A stretch of DNA of 64,000 bases, taken from assembly GCA_021741155.1 (NCBI GenBank), contig JAIOYP010000003.1:74295-138294 (forward strand). The letters run 5' to 3'. Each line of letters starts with the position of its first letter. Positions within the stretch are counted from its first letter, which is position 1. Below are positions 18,899-29,017 of the stretch, one piece after another. The position numbers and the translations under genes were made by a program. The notes beneath the pieces are model-generated. The model did not search any database and was not told the origin of the DNA. It was given only the letters and a program-made list of their open reading frames with translations. This DNA is from Flavobacteriales bacterium. Lineage in GTDB: Bacteria > Bacteroidota > Bacteroidia > UBA10329.

Positions 18899-19103
18899 TC
18901 TGGTTTTTGAAATTTAAAGGACAATAATACGAATTAATTTAGTTTGGATTCCAAGCAACAAAGTAGACGAAAAATGATTGTTTTTGCACAATAATTCTGT
19001 TTGCTCATCGTTTTGCCGCTGTTTCATACATAAAACTTCATCAGGAAGTAAAACGAAAGACTGTCATTAATATTATAGTGCCGAAATTTACAGAGATTAT
19101 TTA

Positions 19104-22100
19104 ATGCACAAAACACTTGATTTTACAATGAGTACTTCAGTGAAACTATTCTTAATCTTTTACCTGATTTTCGGAAACGGAAAATGGGCTTTCTCTCAGA
19201 AGGGTTTTGCTAACGATGAACGCAATATTGTTCACAGGGTTACAGCCAAGGGTTCGGATATATTGCTTTGGTCAGCCCCTGTCTCGGAAATTAAATATGA
19301 CGGTTCCAGAAAATCATTCCTAATGTTTGATGGTGCCGTTTACCTTGATGACACTTCGCTCCCCTTTGCAATTCGAAACATTCGAGTCAGTGCAGGAAAC
19401 ACAATTAAGGTGAGCTTAGAGAATCAGATTTTTGAACCATTAACAAATCTTGAAAAAGATGCTATTGGCAATCTGACTATAGGAACATCGATTAAAGTGA
19501 AGATGGATAGATACACCGAACGAAAGCAAAGTTTCGAACGTGTTTCTTTTGTTCCTTTAAGAAAGAATCCAACTTCGGGCCAACTGGAAAAACTAGTTTC
19601 TTTCAACCTTCAAACTCAACTAATTCCTCTTGCCAACCCGAAAGCTACGGGTACAAATGTTTTTTCGCAATCTTCAGTTCTTAATGGGGGAAATTGGTAT
19701 AAAGTTGCGGTAAACCAGGACGGAATTCACAGAATCACATATAATGACTTGCAAGGAATGGGTGTTGATGTGGCGTCCATCGACCCAAGACGATTGAACG
19801 TGTATGGAAACGGAGGCGGCATGCTACCTAATGCAAGTAGCAAATTCAGACATGATGATTTGCAACAAAACGCTATTGAAGTTGTAGGGGAAGCTGATGG
19901 AAGGTTTGACCAAAGCGATTACATCGTTTTTTATGCAAAAGGGCCACATGCTTGGGTACAGGACAGTGCGAGTTGCGGCAATTTCCGTCATGAATTCAAC
20001 TCTTACTCTGATCAGGCATACTATTTTATAACTCTTGATAGAGGAATGGGACGTAGAGTTGCAACCGAACCTCAAGCAAATAATCCTGCAACGCATACGG
20101 TTACCACGTTCGTTGATTACCAATTCCACGAATCAGATAATGTCAATCTTATCAAATCTGGGCGAGAATGGTATGGAGAAACATTCGACATTCAAACTAC
20201 TTATGATTTTGATTTCGGTTTCTCCAATGTTCGAAGTGCCGACCCCTCTTATATAGGAACACGTTTCTTAAGCGGATCGAGCAGTACAACTTCATACAGC
20301 GTTAAAGCCAACGGAACAACCATAATTAATAGCACGCCTATTACTGGAGCTCCGGGTGGATACGGTGCAACAGCTACTTCTAAAAAGACATGTTCCGAAG
20401 TTTCTCTGGGTTCGGGAAACACGAATGTCGCTTTAACCTATAGTAAAGCTGGTAATCCGAGCGCTGTGGGTTGGCTAGATTATGTAGATGTAATTGTAAA
20501 ACGGAATCTGCTTATGGCTGGGTCTCAGATGGCATTCAGAGACCCAGAATCAGTGGGAATTGGAAATATCGCAGAATTTCAGGTTGGAAACGCTAATAGC
20601 TCAGTCCGTGTTTGGGAAGTAACCGACCCAACTAATGTGACGCAAAGAGCACTCAATTTACAAGGTTCAACTGCCAGCTTTAAGGTTCAAACTGATTCTC
20701 TCCGTCAATTTATTGCCTTCAACGGAAGCAGTTTTTACAGCGTGAATCCGGTTGGGCAAGTGGATAATCAGAACCTTCATGGGCTGAGTCAGGCAAACAT
20801 GATTATTGTTGCACACCCTAATTTTGTGTCAGAGGCCGAAAGATTGGCTGAGTTTCATCGCCAAAATGAAACCAACCCACTCTCTGTTCACATCGTCACA
20901 CCACAACAGATATTTAATGAGTATTCGTCAGGCGCTCAGGACGTAACTGCAATACGCGATTTTATGCGAATGTTCTATGAACGAAGTACAGGTTGGGAAG
21001 ACATGCCGCGCTACCTATTGTTATTCGGTGATGCCTCTTATGATTACAAAGATAGACTGGCAGATAACACCAACTATGTCCCGACCTATGAATCGGTAGA
21101 ATCGTTGGTCCCTACAACCAGCTATGCTTCTGACGACTATTTCGGTTTGCTCGACATAAACGAAGGCGATTGGTCGCAAAATGATGCGTTGGATATTGGT
21201 ATTGGCCGATTTGTGGTTCGCACTGCCGAAGACGCGAGAACTGTTGTAGATAAAATCTATCGGTATGAGGATTTAAGTATAGCCGACTTCAATACTCCTG
21301 ACCATTGCACCGATGGTTCTTCAGCCATTGTTTCGCCCGATTGGAGAAACCGAATTTGTTTCGCGGCAGATGATGAAGACAGTAACATGCATGTTAATCA
21401 AGCCGATCAATTAGCCGTTTTGGTAGATACTATGTATCCAGAATACAACATCAGCAAAATTTATCTTGACTCCTATGTACAGGAATCAACGCCTGGTGGT
21501 CAGCGCTATCCAGAAGCGACTATCGATATCAACAACACAGTTCAGCGAGGTGTTCTAATTATGAATTACACGGGTCACGGTGGAGAATTAGGATGGGCGC
21601 ACGAGCGAGTTCTCGGAGTTTCAGACATTAATTCATGGACCAACTTCTCCAATTTAGCTGTAATGGTAACGGCTACTTGCGAGTTTACTCGGTATGATGA
21701 TCCAAGTAGAATATCCGCAGGAGAGCTTGTGCATTTGAATCCGAACGGAGGAGGAATTGCCTTATTTACCACTTCGAGATTGGTTTATTCAGCACCAAAC
21801 TTCACTCTTAACAGAAATTTCTATCTCAATCTTCTTGAAGAGCAGCTTTGGGGACCACCAACAATGGGTGATGTAATCCGAATGACCAAGGTTGCTAGCG
21901 GAGGTTCGGTTAACAACAGAAACTTTAGCTTAATTGGTGATCCAGCGCAACGCTTAGCCTTCCCACTACATAAGGTAGAAACCCTAGCAATTAATGGTGA
22001 TGATGTAAATTCTTTAACCGACACAATAAATGCATTAGAACTCGTTACTGTAACCGGAAGAATGAGAAATCGCAATGGACAATTGATGCCAGATTTTGAT

Positions 22101-23048
22101 GGCGTGGTCTATCCAACCGTGTTTGACAAAAACTCGGTGGTAAGCACGTTGGCCAATGACCCAAGCTCAAACGTGCTTCAATTTAACGTTCAGAAGAACC
22201 TTATATATAAGGGGAAAGCGAGCGTGAAAAATGGTGAATTCAGTTTCACGTTTGTTGTGCCGCGCGATATTGCTTACAACTATGACTTTGGCCGCATAAG
22301 CTATTATGCAGAAGGGGAGAACACAAATGCCAACGGATATTTTGAAGAATTTATCGTTGGCGGTTCTAGTGATGGAACCCAAACCGATGAAAACGGTCCA
22401 GTGATTCGCTTATATATGAATGATGAAAGTTTTGCTTACGGTGGAACTACGGATGAAAGCCCATCATTATTTGCTCTTGTTGCCGATAGTAACGGTGTAA
22501 ATACAGTCGGAAATGGAATCGGTCATGATATTACTGCGGTATTAGATGATAACGCATCCAATACTATAAGCCTAAACGATTTCTACCAAGCCGATTTAGA
22601 CAGCTATCAAAGTGGAAAGGTTGTCTATCCGTTTAGCAACCTGAGCGAAGGCACACACAATCTCAAACTGAAAATTTGGGATGTTTACAACAACAGTTCA
22701 GAGGCTTACACCGAGTTTGTGGTGGCCGAATCGGCTCAATTGGCATTGGAACACGTGCTCAATTATCCAAATCCTTTTACAACAAGAACATCGTTTATGT
22801 TTGAACATAACCAACCCTGCAACAGTTTAGACGTTCAGGTGCAGGTATTCACCGTTTCTGGCAAACTGGTAAAAACGATTAACGAGACAGTTCTTTCCAA
22901 CGGATTCCGAAACGACCCAATTGAGTGGGATGGTTTGGATGACTACGGACAGAAAATTGGCCGCGGAGTTTATCTCTACAACTTAAAGGTAAAAACACCC
23001 GATGGACAAAAGGCAGAGCAGATAGAACGCCTAGTAATACTTAACTAA
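19104..23048 (+). CDS. porU: Type IX secretion C-terminal signal peptidase PorU (C25 gingipain-like family)
   Basis: 1314-aa secreted protein, adjacent to and co-oriented with porV and next to gldJ. C-terminal beta-sandwich region. Confidence 0.8.
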   Translation: MHKTLDFTMSTSVKLFLIFYLIFGNGKWAFSQKGFANDERNIVHRVTAKGSDILLWSAPVSEIKYDGSRKSFLMFDGAVYLDDTSLPFAIRNIRVSAGNTIKVSLENQIFEPLTNLEKDAIGNLTIGTSIKVKMDRYTERKQSFERVSFVPLRKNPTSGQLEKLVSFNLQTQLIPLANPKATGTNVFSQSSVLNGGNWYKVAVNQDGIHRITYNDLQGMGVDVASIDPRRLNVYGNGGGMLPNASSKFRHDDLQQNAIEVVGEADGRFDQSDYIVFYAKGPHAWVQDSASCGNFRHEFNSYSDQAYYFITLDRGMGRRVATEPQANNPATHTVTTFVDYQFHESDNVNLIKSGREWYGETFDIQTTYDFDFGFSNVRSADPSYIGTRFLSGSSSTTSYSVKANGTTIINSTPITGAPGGYGATATSKKTCSEVSLGSGNTNVALTYSKAGNPSAVGWLDYVDVIVKRNLLMAGSQMAFRDPESVGIGNIAEFQVGNANSSVRVWEVTDPTNVTQRALNLQGSTASFKVQTDSLRQFIAFNGSSFYSVNPVGQVDNQNLHGLSQANMIIVAHPNFVSEAERLAEFHRQNETNPLSVHIVTPQQIFNEYSSGAQDVTAIRDFMRMFYERSTGWEDMPRYLLLFGDASYDYKDRLADNTNYVPTYESVESLVPTTSYASDDYFGLLDINEGDWSQNDALDIGIGRFVVRTAEDARTVVDKIYRYEDLSIADFNTPDHCTDGSSAIVSPDWRNRICFAADDEDSNMHVNQADQLAVLVDTMYPEYNISKIYLDSYVQESTPGGQRYPEATIDINNTVQRGVLIMNYTGHGGELGWAHERVLGVSDINSWTNFSNLAVMVTATCEFTRYDDPSRISAGELVHLNPNGGGIALFTTSRLVYSAPNFTLNRNFYLNLLEEQLWGPPTMGDVIRMTKVASGGSVNNRNFSLIGDPAQRLAFPLHKVETLAINGDDVNSLTDTINALELVTVTGRMRNRNGQLMPDFDGVVYPTVFDKNSVVSTLANDPSSNVLQFNVQKNLIYKGKASVKNGEFSFTFVVPRDIAYNYDFGRISYYAEGENTNANGYFEEFIVGGSSDGTQTDENGPVIRLYMNDESFAYGGTTDESPSLFALVADSNGVNTVGNGIGHDITAVLDDNASNTISLNDFYQADLDSYQSGKVVYPFSNLSEGTHNLKLKIWDVYNNSSEAYTEFVVAESAQLALEHVLNYPNPFTTRTSFMFEHNQPCNSLDVQVQVFTVSGKLVKTINETVLSNGFRNDPIEWDGLDDYGQKIGRGVYLYNLKVKTPDGQKAEQIERLVILN

Positions 23049-23063
23049 TTCTCGAAATACACA

Positions 23064-24398
23064 ATGGCTATATTTGCAGCCCTCAAAAAAGAAAGGATGT
23101 TCAATTTAAGGAGTTTCGGCTCACTCTTTTTGATGCTACTGATGGCATCAACTGCTGGGTTCTCTCAGAGTACCACTACACAAGACGACCGTGCGGATGA
23201 CATTCAATTGAATACGATTACAACGGCTGTTCCGTTTTTGATGATTTCTCCAGACGCACGAGCAGGAGCAATGGGAGACGTTGGTGCGGCTACCGATGCA
23301 GATGGAGCTTCCATTCACTGGAACCCAGCCAAAATGGCCTTCATTGATAATAAAATGGGATTTGCTGTTTCGTACACTCCTTGGTTAAGGGCCTTGGTTC
23401 CAGATATTAACTTGGCCTACATTTCTGGCTACGGAAAAATTGGAAAGAAAGGCCAGCAAACGCTTTCTGGTTCACTTCGTTTCTTCTCATTGGGTTCTAT
23501 TCAATTCACCGATAACAATGGCACAAGCATTGGCAATTTTACACCAAGCGAATTCTCGTTGGATGTGAGCTATGCAAGAAAACTTTCACGAGAATTTTCT
23601 GGAGGTATCTCATTGCGCTATATCTATTCTAATCTTACAGGCGGCATAAACGTTGGAGGTGCCGATACGAAAGCAGCACAAACGGCAGCAGCAGATATTT
23701 CGTTTTATTACAAAACAAATAAGGTTGAAATTGCCGGTAAAAAGACAGCCATTTCTGCCGGAATCAACATCTCAAACATTGGAGGAAAAGTGGCTTACAC
23801 ACAAACCAACGAGGAGGATTTTATACCTATTAACTTCCGTTTCGGAGTTGGTTTCAAATATTTTGCTGACGATAGAAATTCAATTGGAGTTTACTTCGAT
23901 ATTAACAAATTGATGGTGCCTACGCCTCCTACTTACGGTAAAAATCAATATATCAATGATGAACTACCACAGGGAGATTCAATTGGTCAATTGAACAATC
24001 CAGCCAACTTGGACCCAACCTATCAGCAAATTATTGCTGGAAAAGACCCAAACAGAAGCGTTCCTAACGGCATGTTCACCTCTTTTGCCGATGCACCTGG
24101 AGGAAGTGCCGAAGAGCTTCGCGAAATTAATCTTGCAATAGGTTTAGAGTATTGGTACAATAAATTGTTTGCAATTCGCGCGGGGTATTTTCACGAACAC
24201 TATTCAAAAGGAAATCGTCAGTTCTTTACCGTTGGAGCAGGAATTAGATACAACGTTTTCGGACTCGATTTTGCGTACCTCATTCCTACAACCCAACGTA
24301 ATCCACTCGAAAACACGCTACGGTTTACACTCACATTCGATTTCGAAGCGTTCAAAAAGCAGAACGAAGAGAAAAACAACGACAAGCCTGAAGATTAA
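23064..24398 (+). CDS. porV: Type IX secretion outer-membrane shuttle/channel protein PorV (LptO)
   Basis: About 440-aa beta-barrel with signal peptide MFNLRSFGSLFLMLLMASTAGFSQ. The motif AVPFLMISPDARAGAMGD is typical of PorV. It lies immediately after porU. Confidence 0.8.
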   Translation: MAIFAALKKERMFNLRSFGSLFLMLLMASTAGFSQSTTTQDDRADDIQLNTITTAVPFLMISPDARAGAMGDVGAATDADGASIHWNPAKMAFIDNKMGFAVSYTPWLRALVPDINLAYISGYGKIGKKGQQTLSGSLRFFSLGSIQFTDNNGTSIGNFTPSEFSLDVSYARKLSREFSGGISLRYIYSNLTGGINVGGADTKAAQTAAADISFYYKTNKVEIAGKKTAISAGINISNIGGKVAYTQTNEEDFIPINFRFGVGFKYFADDRNSIGVYFDINKLMVPTPPTYGKNQYINDELPQGDSIGQLNNPANLDPTYQQIIAGKDPNRSVPNGMFTSFADAPGGSAEELREINLAIGLEYWYNKLFAIRAGYFHEHYSKGNRQFFTVGAGIRYNVFGLDFAYLIPTTQRNPLENTLRFTLTFDFEAFKKQNEEKNNDKPED

Positions 24399-24874
24399 TG
24401 AAAATCAGAGTCGGTTTCGGCTATGATGTACACCAACTTGCCAAAGGCGAAGAGCTTTGGTTGGGCGGAAAATTGATTCCTTCCGAATTGGGAGCCGTAG
24501 GTCATTCTGATGCAGATGTGCTTATTCACGTTATTTGCGATGCGCTATTAGGCGCAGCCAATCTCCGCGATATTGGTTTTCATTTTCCCGATACGTCCGC
24601 AGACTACAAGAATATTGATAGCAAGATTTTGCTTCGCGATGTGGTGAAACTACTCGAAGACAAAGGCTATTCTATTGGAAATATTGACAGTACCATTGCC
24701 TTAGAAAAGCCAAAGGTCAATCCTCATATTGAGGAAATGAAAACCATTTTGGCCAAGATTATGAAGATTGATGAAGATGCAGTTTCTATCAAAGCGACCA
24801 CGTCTGAGAAAATCGGTTTCGTAGGGCGTCAAGAAGGCATTGCAGCTTTCGCAACTGTTCTCATTCAGAAGTAA
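24398..24874 (+). CDS. ispF: 2-C-methyl-D-erythritol 2,4-cyclodiphosphate synthase
   Basis: FGYDVHQL...GHSDADV motifs and 158 aa. The start overlaps the porV stop by 1 nt (TAATG). Confidence 0.9.
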   Translation: MKIRVGFGYDVHQLAKGEELWLGGKLIPSELGAVGHSDADVLIHVICDALLGAANLRDIGFHFPDTSADYKNIDSKILLRDVVKLLEDKGYSIGNIDSTIALEKPKVNPHIEEMKTILAKIMKIDEDAVSIKATTSEKIGFVGRQEGIAAFATVLIQK

Positions 24875-24907
24875 GTACTACTTTAAGCGTCTGCAACTAC
24901 AGGAATC

Positions 24908-25396
24908 ATGGCTGAATTTTCTATTACTATCAAAGGATTATCAGTACGAAAATCTGAACTATCTGCATCTGATGCCGAGCTCCTAGACCGTGCAGAAAAA
25001 GCAACACTGAATGCTTACGCGCCCTATTCTCAGTTTAACGTTGGTGCTGCTCTTCGGCTAGAAACAGACGAGATTATCATTGGGAGCAACCAAGAGAATG
25101 TGGCTTATCCATCTGGACTATGTGCTGAGCGCGTGGCACTGTTTGCCGCTTCCACTCTTCACCCTCAAATGGTAGTAAAAACAATGGCAATAACGGCCCG
25201 TACCACCAAGTTTGAATTGACCGATCCGCTTGCCCCATGTGGCGGATGTCGGCAAGTAATTATGGAATATCAACGTAAGCAACAGCAGCCAATTCGAATG
25301 CTTTTGGCTGGTAAAGGAGATATTGTTTGGATTTTTGAAGATGCCTCTATGCTGCTTCCCTTCGGATTTGAAGCAGACTATCTTAAAGGGGACTGA
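24908..25396 (+). CDS. cdd: Cytidine deaminase
   Basis: Zinc-ligand motifs CAERVA and PCGGCRQ. 162 aa. Confidence 0.8.
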   Translation: MAEFSITIKGLSVRKSELSASDAELLDRAEKATLNAYAPYSQFNVGAALRLETDEIIIGSNQENVAYPSGLCAERVALFAASTLHPQMVVKTMAITARTTKFELTDPLAPCGGCRQVIMEYQRKQQQPIRMLLAGKGDIVWIFEDASMLLPFGFEADYLKGD

Positions 25397-25458
25397 CACC
25401 TTTTAGACTAAATTCCAATAAAACTGTTCAAACCCCACGTTGCTTACCTTGGGGCATC

Positions 25459-25466
25459 TATTTTTG
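25459..25466 (+). promoter_or_regulatory. Candidate -7 box (TATTTTTG) upstream of pdhA
   Basis: Matches TAnnTTTG, 16 nt upstream of the ATG at 25483. It is preceded by a CCCCA...TGGGG hairpin. Confidence 0.3.
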
Positions 25467-25482
25467 TACCTAAACACACCTT

Positions 25483-26478
25483 ATGGCTAAGTCGAAATTT
25501 GGAAAAGAAACCTACCTAAAATGGTATGAGGAGATGCTGCTCTGGCGCAAGTTTGAAGAGAAAGCCGGCCAACTTTACATTCAACAGAAAATTCGTGGGT
25601 TCTGTCATTTATACATAGGACAAGAAGCTGTTGTGGCTGGAAGTAAAGAAGCGATGGAGGATGGCGACAAGGTTATTACAGCCTATCGCGACCACGTTCA
25701 TCCCATCGCCTTGGGAGTTCCTGCCAAAGAAATTATGGCAGAGTTGTACGGCAAGAAAACGGGAATTGTGAAAGGAAAGGGCGGTTCTATGCACATGTTT
25801 TCGAAGGAGAAAAATTTCTTTGGAGGACACGGAATCGTTGGGGGCCAGATTCCGTTGGGAGCTGGAATTGCTTTTGCAGATAAATATCGTGGAGATAAGA
25901 ATGTGACCTTGACTTACATGGGTGATGGCGCGGTTCGTCAAGGTGCTTTTCATGAGGCGCTAAACATGGCCATGACGTGGAAACTACCCGTTATTTTCAT
26001 TATCGAGAACAACAATTACGCAATGGGTACTTCTGTGGAAAGGACATCCAACGTGAGCGAACTCTACAAACTTGGGCATGCCTACGAAATGCCAAGTGAA
26101 GCCGTAAACGGAATGAGCGTGGAAGCCGTTTATGAAGCCGTTAAAAAAGCAGCAGACCGTGCCAGAAAAGGCGATGGCCCAACGCTATTGGAGGTAAAAA
26201 CATATCGTTACAAAGGCCATTCGATGTCCGACCCTGCCAAGTATAGAACCAAAGAAGAAGTTGAGAATCACAAGAAACAGGATCCTATTCAACAGGTTTT
26301 AGAGGTAATCATCAAAAACAAATATGCTTCCGATGAGGAATTGGAAGCTATTCAGTCCAAAGTGAATGCGGAGGTTGATGAATGCGTGAAGTTCAGTGAA
26401 GAATCACCATTTCCAGATGCATCCGAATTGTATGAAGATGTTTACACGCAGGTTGACTATCCATTTATAAAAGAATAA
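25483..26478 (+). CDS. pdhA: Pyruvate dehydrogenase E1 component alpha subunit
   Basis: TPP-binding YMGDGAVRQGAFHEALN and 331 aa. Followed by the E2 gene. Confidence 0.9.
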   Translation: MAKSKFGKETYLKWYEEMLLWRKFEEKAGQLYIQQKIRGFCHLYIGQEAVVAGSKEAMEDGDKVITAYRDHVHPIALGVPAKEIMAELYGKKTGIVKGKGGSMHMFSKEKNFFGGHGIVGGQIPLGAGIAFADKYRGDKNVTLTYMGDGAVRQGAFHEALNMAMTWKLPVIFIIENNNYAMGTSVERTSNVSELYKLGHAYEMPSEAVNGMSVEAVYEAVKKAADRARKGDGPTLLEVKTYRYKGHSMSDPAKYRTKEEVENHKKQDPIQQVLEVIIKNKYASDEELEAIQSKVNAEVDECVKFSEESPFPDASELYEDVYTQVDYPFIKE

Positions 26479-26482
26479 AAAT

Positions 26483-27742
26483 ATGGCTGAGATAATTCGC
26501 ATGCCCAAATTGAGCGACACCATGACAGAAGGTGTTGTTGCCGAATGGCACAAGAAAGTGGGAGATGAAGTTTCTTCAGGAGAACTGCTGGCTGAGATTG
26601 AATCTGACAAGGCAACAATGGAGTTTGAATCCTTCTTTGATGGAGTACTGCTTCACATAGGAGTGCAGAAGGGAAAAGCCGCAGCGGTTGATTCCATTCT
26701 GGCAATAATTGGCAAAAAAGGCGAAGACATATCTGCTCTTTTGAAGGAAGCTACAGCACCAAAAGCTGAAGGGAAACAGGAAGAAAAGAAAGTTGAAGAG
26801 CCGAAGCAGAAAGAAATGACGGAGGCTAAAGTCGAGTCTAAGCCGACTCCAGTTGCTGTTTCAAAACCTGCAATTGTTACGCAACAATCATCAAATGGTC
26901 GAGTAATCGCATCGCCATTGGCGAAGAAACTCGCATCAGATAAAGGCATCGACATCCATCGCGTTTCGGGTTCGGGAGATGGTGGAAGAATTGTAAAGCG
27001 AGATGTGGAATCGTTTAGCAGTTTTGGACCTTCTGCAGCAAATGCAGTAGAAAGCTATAATGATGTAGAGGTTTCCCAAATGCGGAAGGTTATTGCCCGC
27101 AGATTAGCAGAAAGCAAGTTTTCTGCTCCGCATTTCTATCTCACCATGAAAATTGACATGGATGCCATGATGGATGCGCGTGATAGCATCAACAGCGTTT
27201 CTAAAATCAAGATTTCATTTAACGATTTAGTGATAAAGGCGGCTGCCGTTTCCCTCAAAGAACATCCACAAGTGAATGCAGCATGGATGGGAGATTACAT
27301 TCGGTACAATCAACATGTTCACGTAGGCGTGGCGGTTGCCGTGCCAGATGGATTGCTCGTTCCTGTTGTCCGTTTTGCAGACACTAAACGACTGAGCGAG
27401 ATATCTAACGAAGTGAAGGATTTTGTGCTTCGCGCCAACGACAAAAAACTTCAGCCAAAAGATTGGGAAGGAAACACCTTCACTATTTCCAATCTAGGAA
27501 TGTTCGGAATTGATGAGTTCACTGCCATCATCAATCCGCCCGATAGCTGCATTATGGCTGTGGGTGGAATTGAAGAAATCCCAGTGGTCAAAAACGGACA
27601 AATTGTAGCTGGAAATGTGATGAAAGTGACGCTTTCTTGCGATCACCGCGTGGTGGATGGAGCATCGGGTGCCAAATTTCTCAAAACCTTTAAGAAGTTG
27701 ATGGAAAACCCTGTTCTGCTTTTAGGTTCATATTCAATCTAA
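26483..27742 (+). CDS. Dihydrolipoyllysine-residue acetyltransferase (2-oxoacid dehydrogenase E2 component)
   Basis: Lipoyl domain ESDKATME. Ala/Pro/Lys-rich linker. Catalytic DHRVVDGA motif. Confidence 0.85.
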   Translation: MAEIIRMPKLSDTMTEGVVAEWHKKVGDEVSSGELLAEIESDKATMEFESFFDGVLLHIGVQKGKAAAVDSILAIIGKKGEDISALLKEATAPKAEGKQEEKKVEEPKQKEMTEAKVESKPTPVAVSKPAIVTQQSSNGRVIASPLAKKLASDKGIDIHRVSGSGDGGRIVKRDVESFSSFGPSAANAVESYNDVEVSQMRKVIARRLAESKFSAPHFYLTMKIDMDAMMDARDSINSVSKIKISFNDLVIKAAAVSLKEHPQVNAAWMGDYIRYNQHVHVGVAVAVPDGLLVPVVRFADTKRLSEISNEVKDFVLRANDKKLQPKDWEGNTFTISNLGMFGIDEFTAIINPPDSCIMAVGGIEEIPVVKNGQIVAGNVMKVTLSCDHRVVDGASGAKFLKTFKKLMENPVLLLGSYSI

Positions 27743-27802
27743 GTAAAATAGCGTAGACTTGGGTTTTTGAAACGCCTTTCTTTACCGTTTAAAACCCACA
27801 CT

Positions 27803-28279
27803 ATGAAAAAGATATTCTTCTCTTTATTGCTTCCGTCTGTGCTAATCTTTTCTGGTTGCACAGAAGATTTTGAAGATGCTAAGTATCGCTGCAAGATTAA
27901 CGGCAAAGATTTCATCCCAAGCAAAGACCTTATTCAGTTCGACTATACCGAGAATGTTGGAAATGACCGCATTCGAATTAGAGGAACTGCGTTAGCCACC
28001 TCACAGCTTTCAAATAATCCTTACGGAGAGTTTGAAATTCAATTCTCATTCAACGACACCGCGCTTGCACCTGTAGAACTTGGGTACGACATCGTCTATT
28101 ATGGAAACAACGAATGGGATAAAACCTTCCGCAGTTCTGCAACCGACCCTGGAACGCTGACCATTACCAGCCTAGATAAGACCGCCAAGCGCGTTACTGC
28201 CAATTTTGAGCTTACAGCTTACGCAGATGATGGATCAACGCTTACTATAACCGAAGGCTTTTTTGACCAAAGCTGGTAG
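27803..28279 (+). CDS. Lipoprotein, paralog A of a tandem pair
   Basis: Lipobox (LIFSGC), then YRCKINGKDFIPSKDLIQ. C-terminus ITEGFFDQSW. Confidence 0.5.
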   Translation: MKKIFFSLLLPSVLIFSGCTEDFEDAKYRCKINGKDFIPSKDLIQFDYTENVGNDRIRIRGTALATSQLSNNPYGEFEIQFSFNDTALAPVELGYDIVYYGNNEWDKTFRSSATDPGTLTITSLDKTAKRVTANFELTAYADDGSTLTITEGFFDQSW

Positions 28280-28357
28280 CCATCTGTTTTTTAAGTAAAA
28301 CAGCGTACGGAGATTTCTGTGTAATGGAGTTGGTTTGTCTGAACCAATTCTGTTTGA

Positions 28358-28819
28358 ATGAAAATAGTTTCCGTTGCATTTCTCTTGGCGTGCATTAGCA
28401 TTTCGAGTTGTAAAAAAGAAGCATTCGAAAACGCTCCGTTTCGCTGTAAGATTGACGGAAAGGAATTCATTGCTGGCAAAGACCTGATACAAGTTTCTGT
28501 AACTGGCGGGAACAATATTTACATTCAAGCAACCCGTGTTGCCAATCCACTTAGCGATGAGTTGTATGGCGAAATGAAGCTCGATGTGCTTGTAGATTCT
28601 ATTGGCGTTGTAGCTTTGAATGGTTCTAACACGTGGCGTTGGAGCAACAACGGTGGCGATTGGTTCCGTTCAGTTGGCACCAATGCAGGCACGCTCAGAA
28701 TCACCTCCATCGATTTCACCAAAAAGCACATTATAGGCACATTCGAACTCACCGCTTTCAATGATAATCAGACAGCAAGGCGCTCCATCACCGAAGGTTT
28801 TTTCGACCTCACGTGGTAG
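28358..28819 (+). CDS. Lipoprotein, paralog B of a tandem pair
   Basis: Lipobox (ISISSC), then FRCKIDGKEFIAGKDLIQ. C-terminus ITEGFFDLTW. Confidence 0.5.
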   Translation: MKIVSVAFLLACISISSCKKEAFENAPFRCKIDGKEFIAGKDLIQVSVTGGNNIYIQATRVANPLSDELYGEMKLDVLVDSIGVVALNGSNTWRWSNNGGDWFRSVGTNAGTLRITSIDFTKKHIIGTFELTAFNDNQTARRSITEGFFDLTW

Positions 28820-28953
28820 CATTGGGGTTTGTTGCATCAACCCTACGTTAAGAGAATTTAGATCTATTTGGCATTTGCGCTTTTGCCAGTGCACTACCTT
28901 CGGCATAAGCTTTCGGAACTATGGTTCTGATAGTGGATTTTCATTTGGTTTGG

Positions 28954-28990
28954 CTGCGGCTCTGCGAAAGTGGGGCCGCAGTATTTTTTA
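28954..28990 (+). terminator. Rho-independent terminator candidate after the lipoprotein pair
   Basis: CTGCGGC-N14-GCCGCAG stem followed by TATTTTTTA. Confidence 0.45.
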
Positions 28991-29017
28991 CACAAATAGC
29001 CAACGCTGCTAGCATGC

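Noticed and set aside
18899-19103. Divergent promoter region between the PorP/SprF gene and porU, scanned for TAnnTTTG boxes
   Set aside because: No exact match was found on either strand. The promoters presumably deviate from the consensus, so nothing is reportable.
26653-26955. 100-aa minus-strand ORF
   Set aside because: It is antisense to the Ala/Pro/Lys-rich linker of the E2 acetyltransferase. It is a composition artefact.
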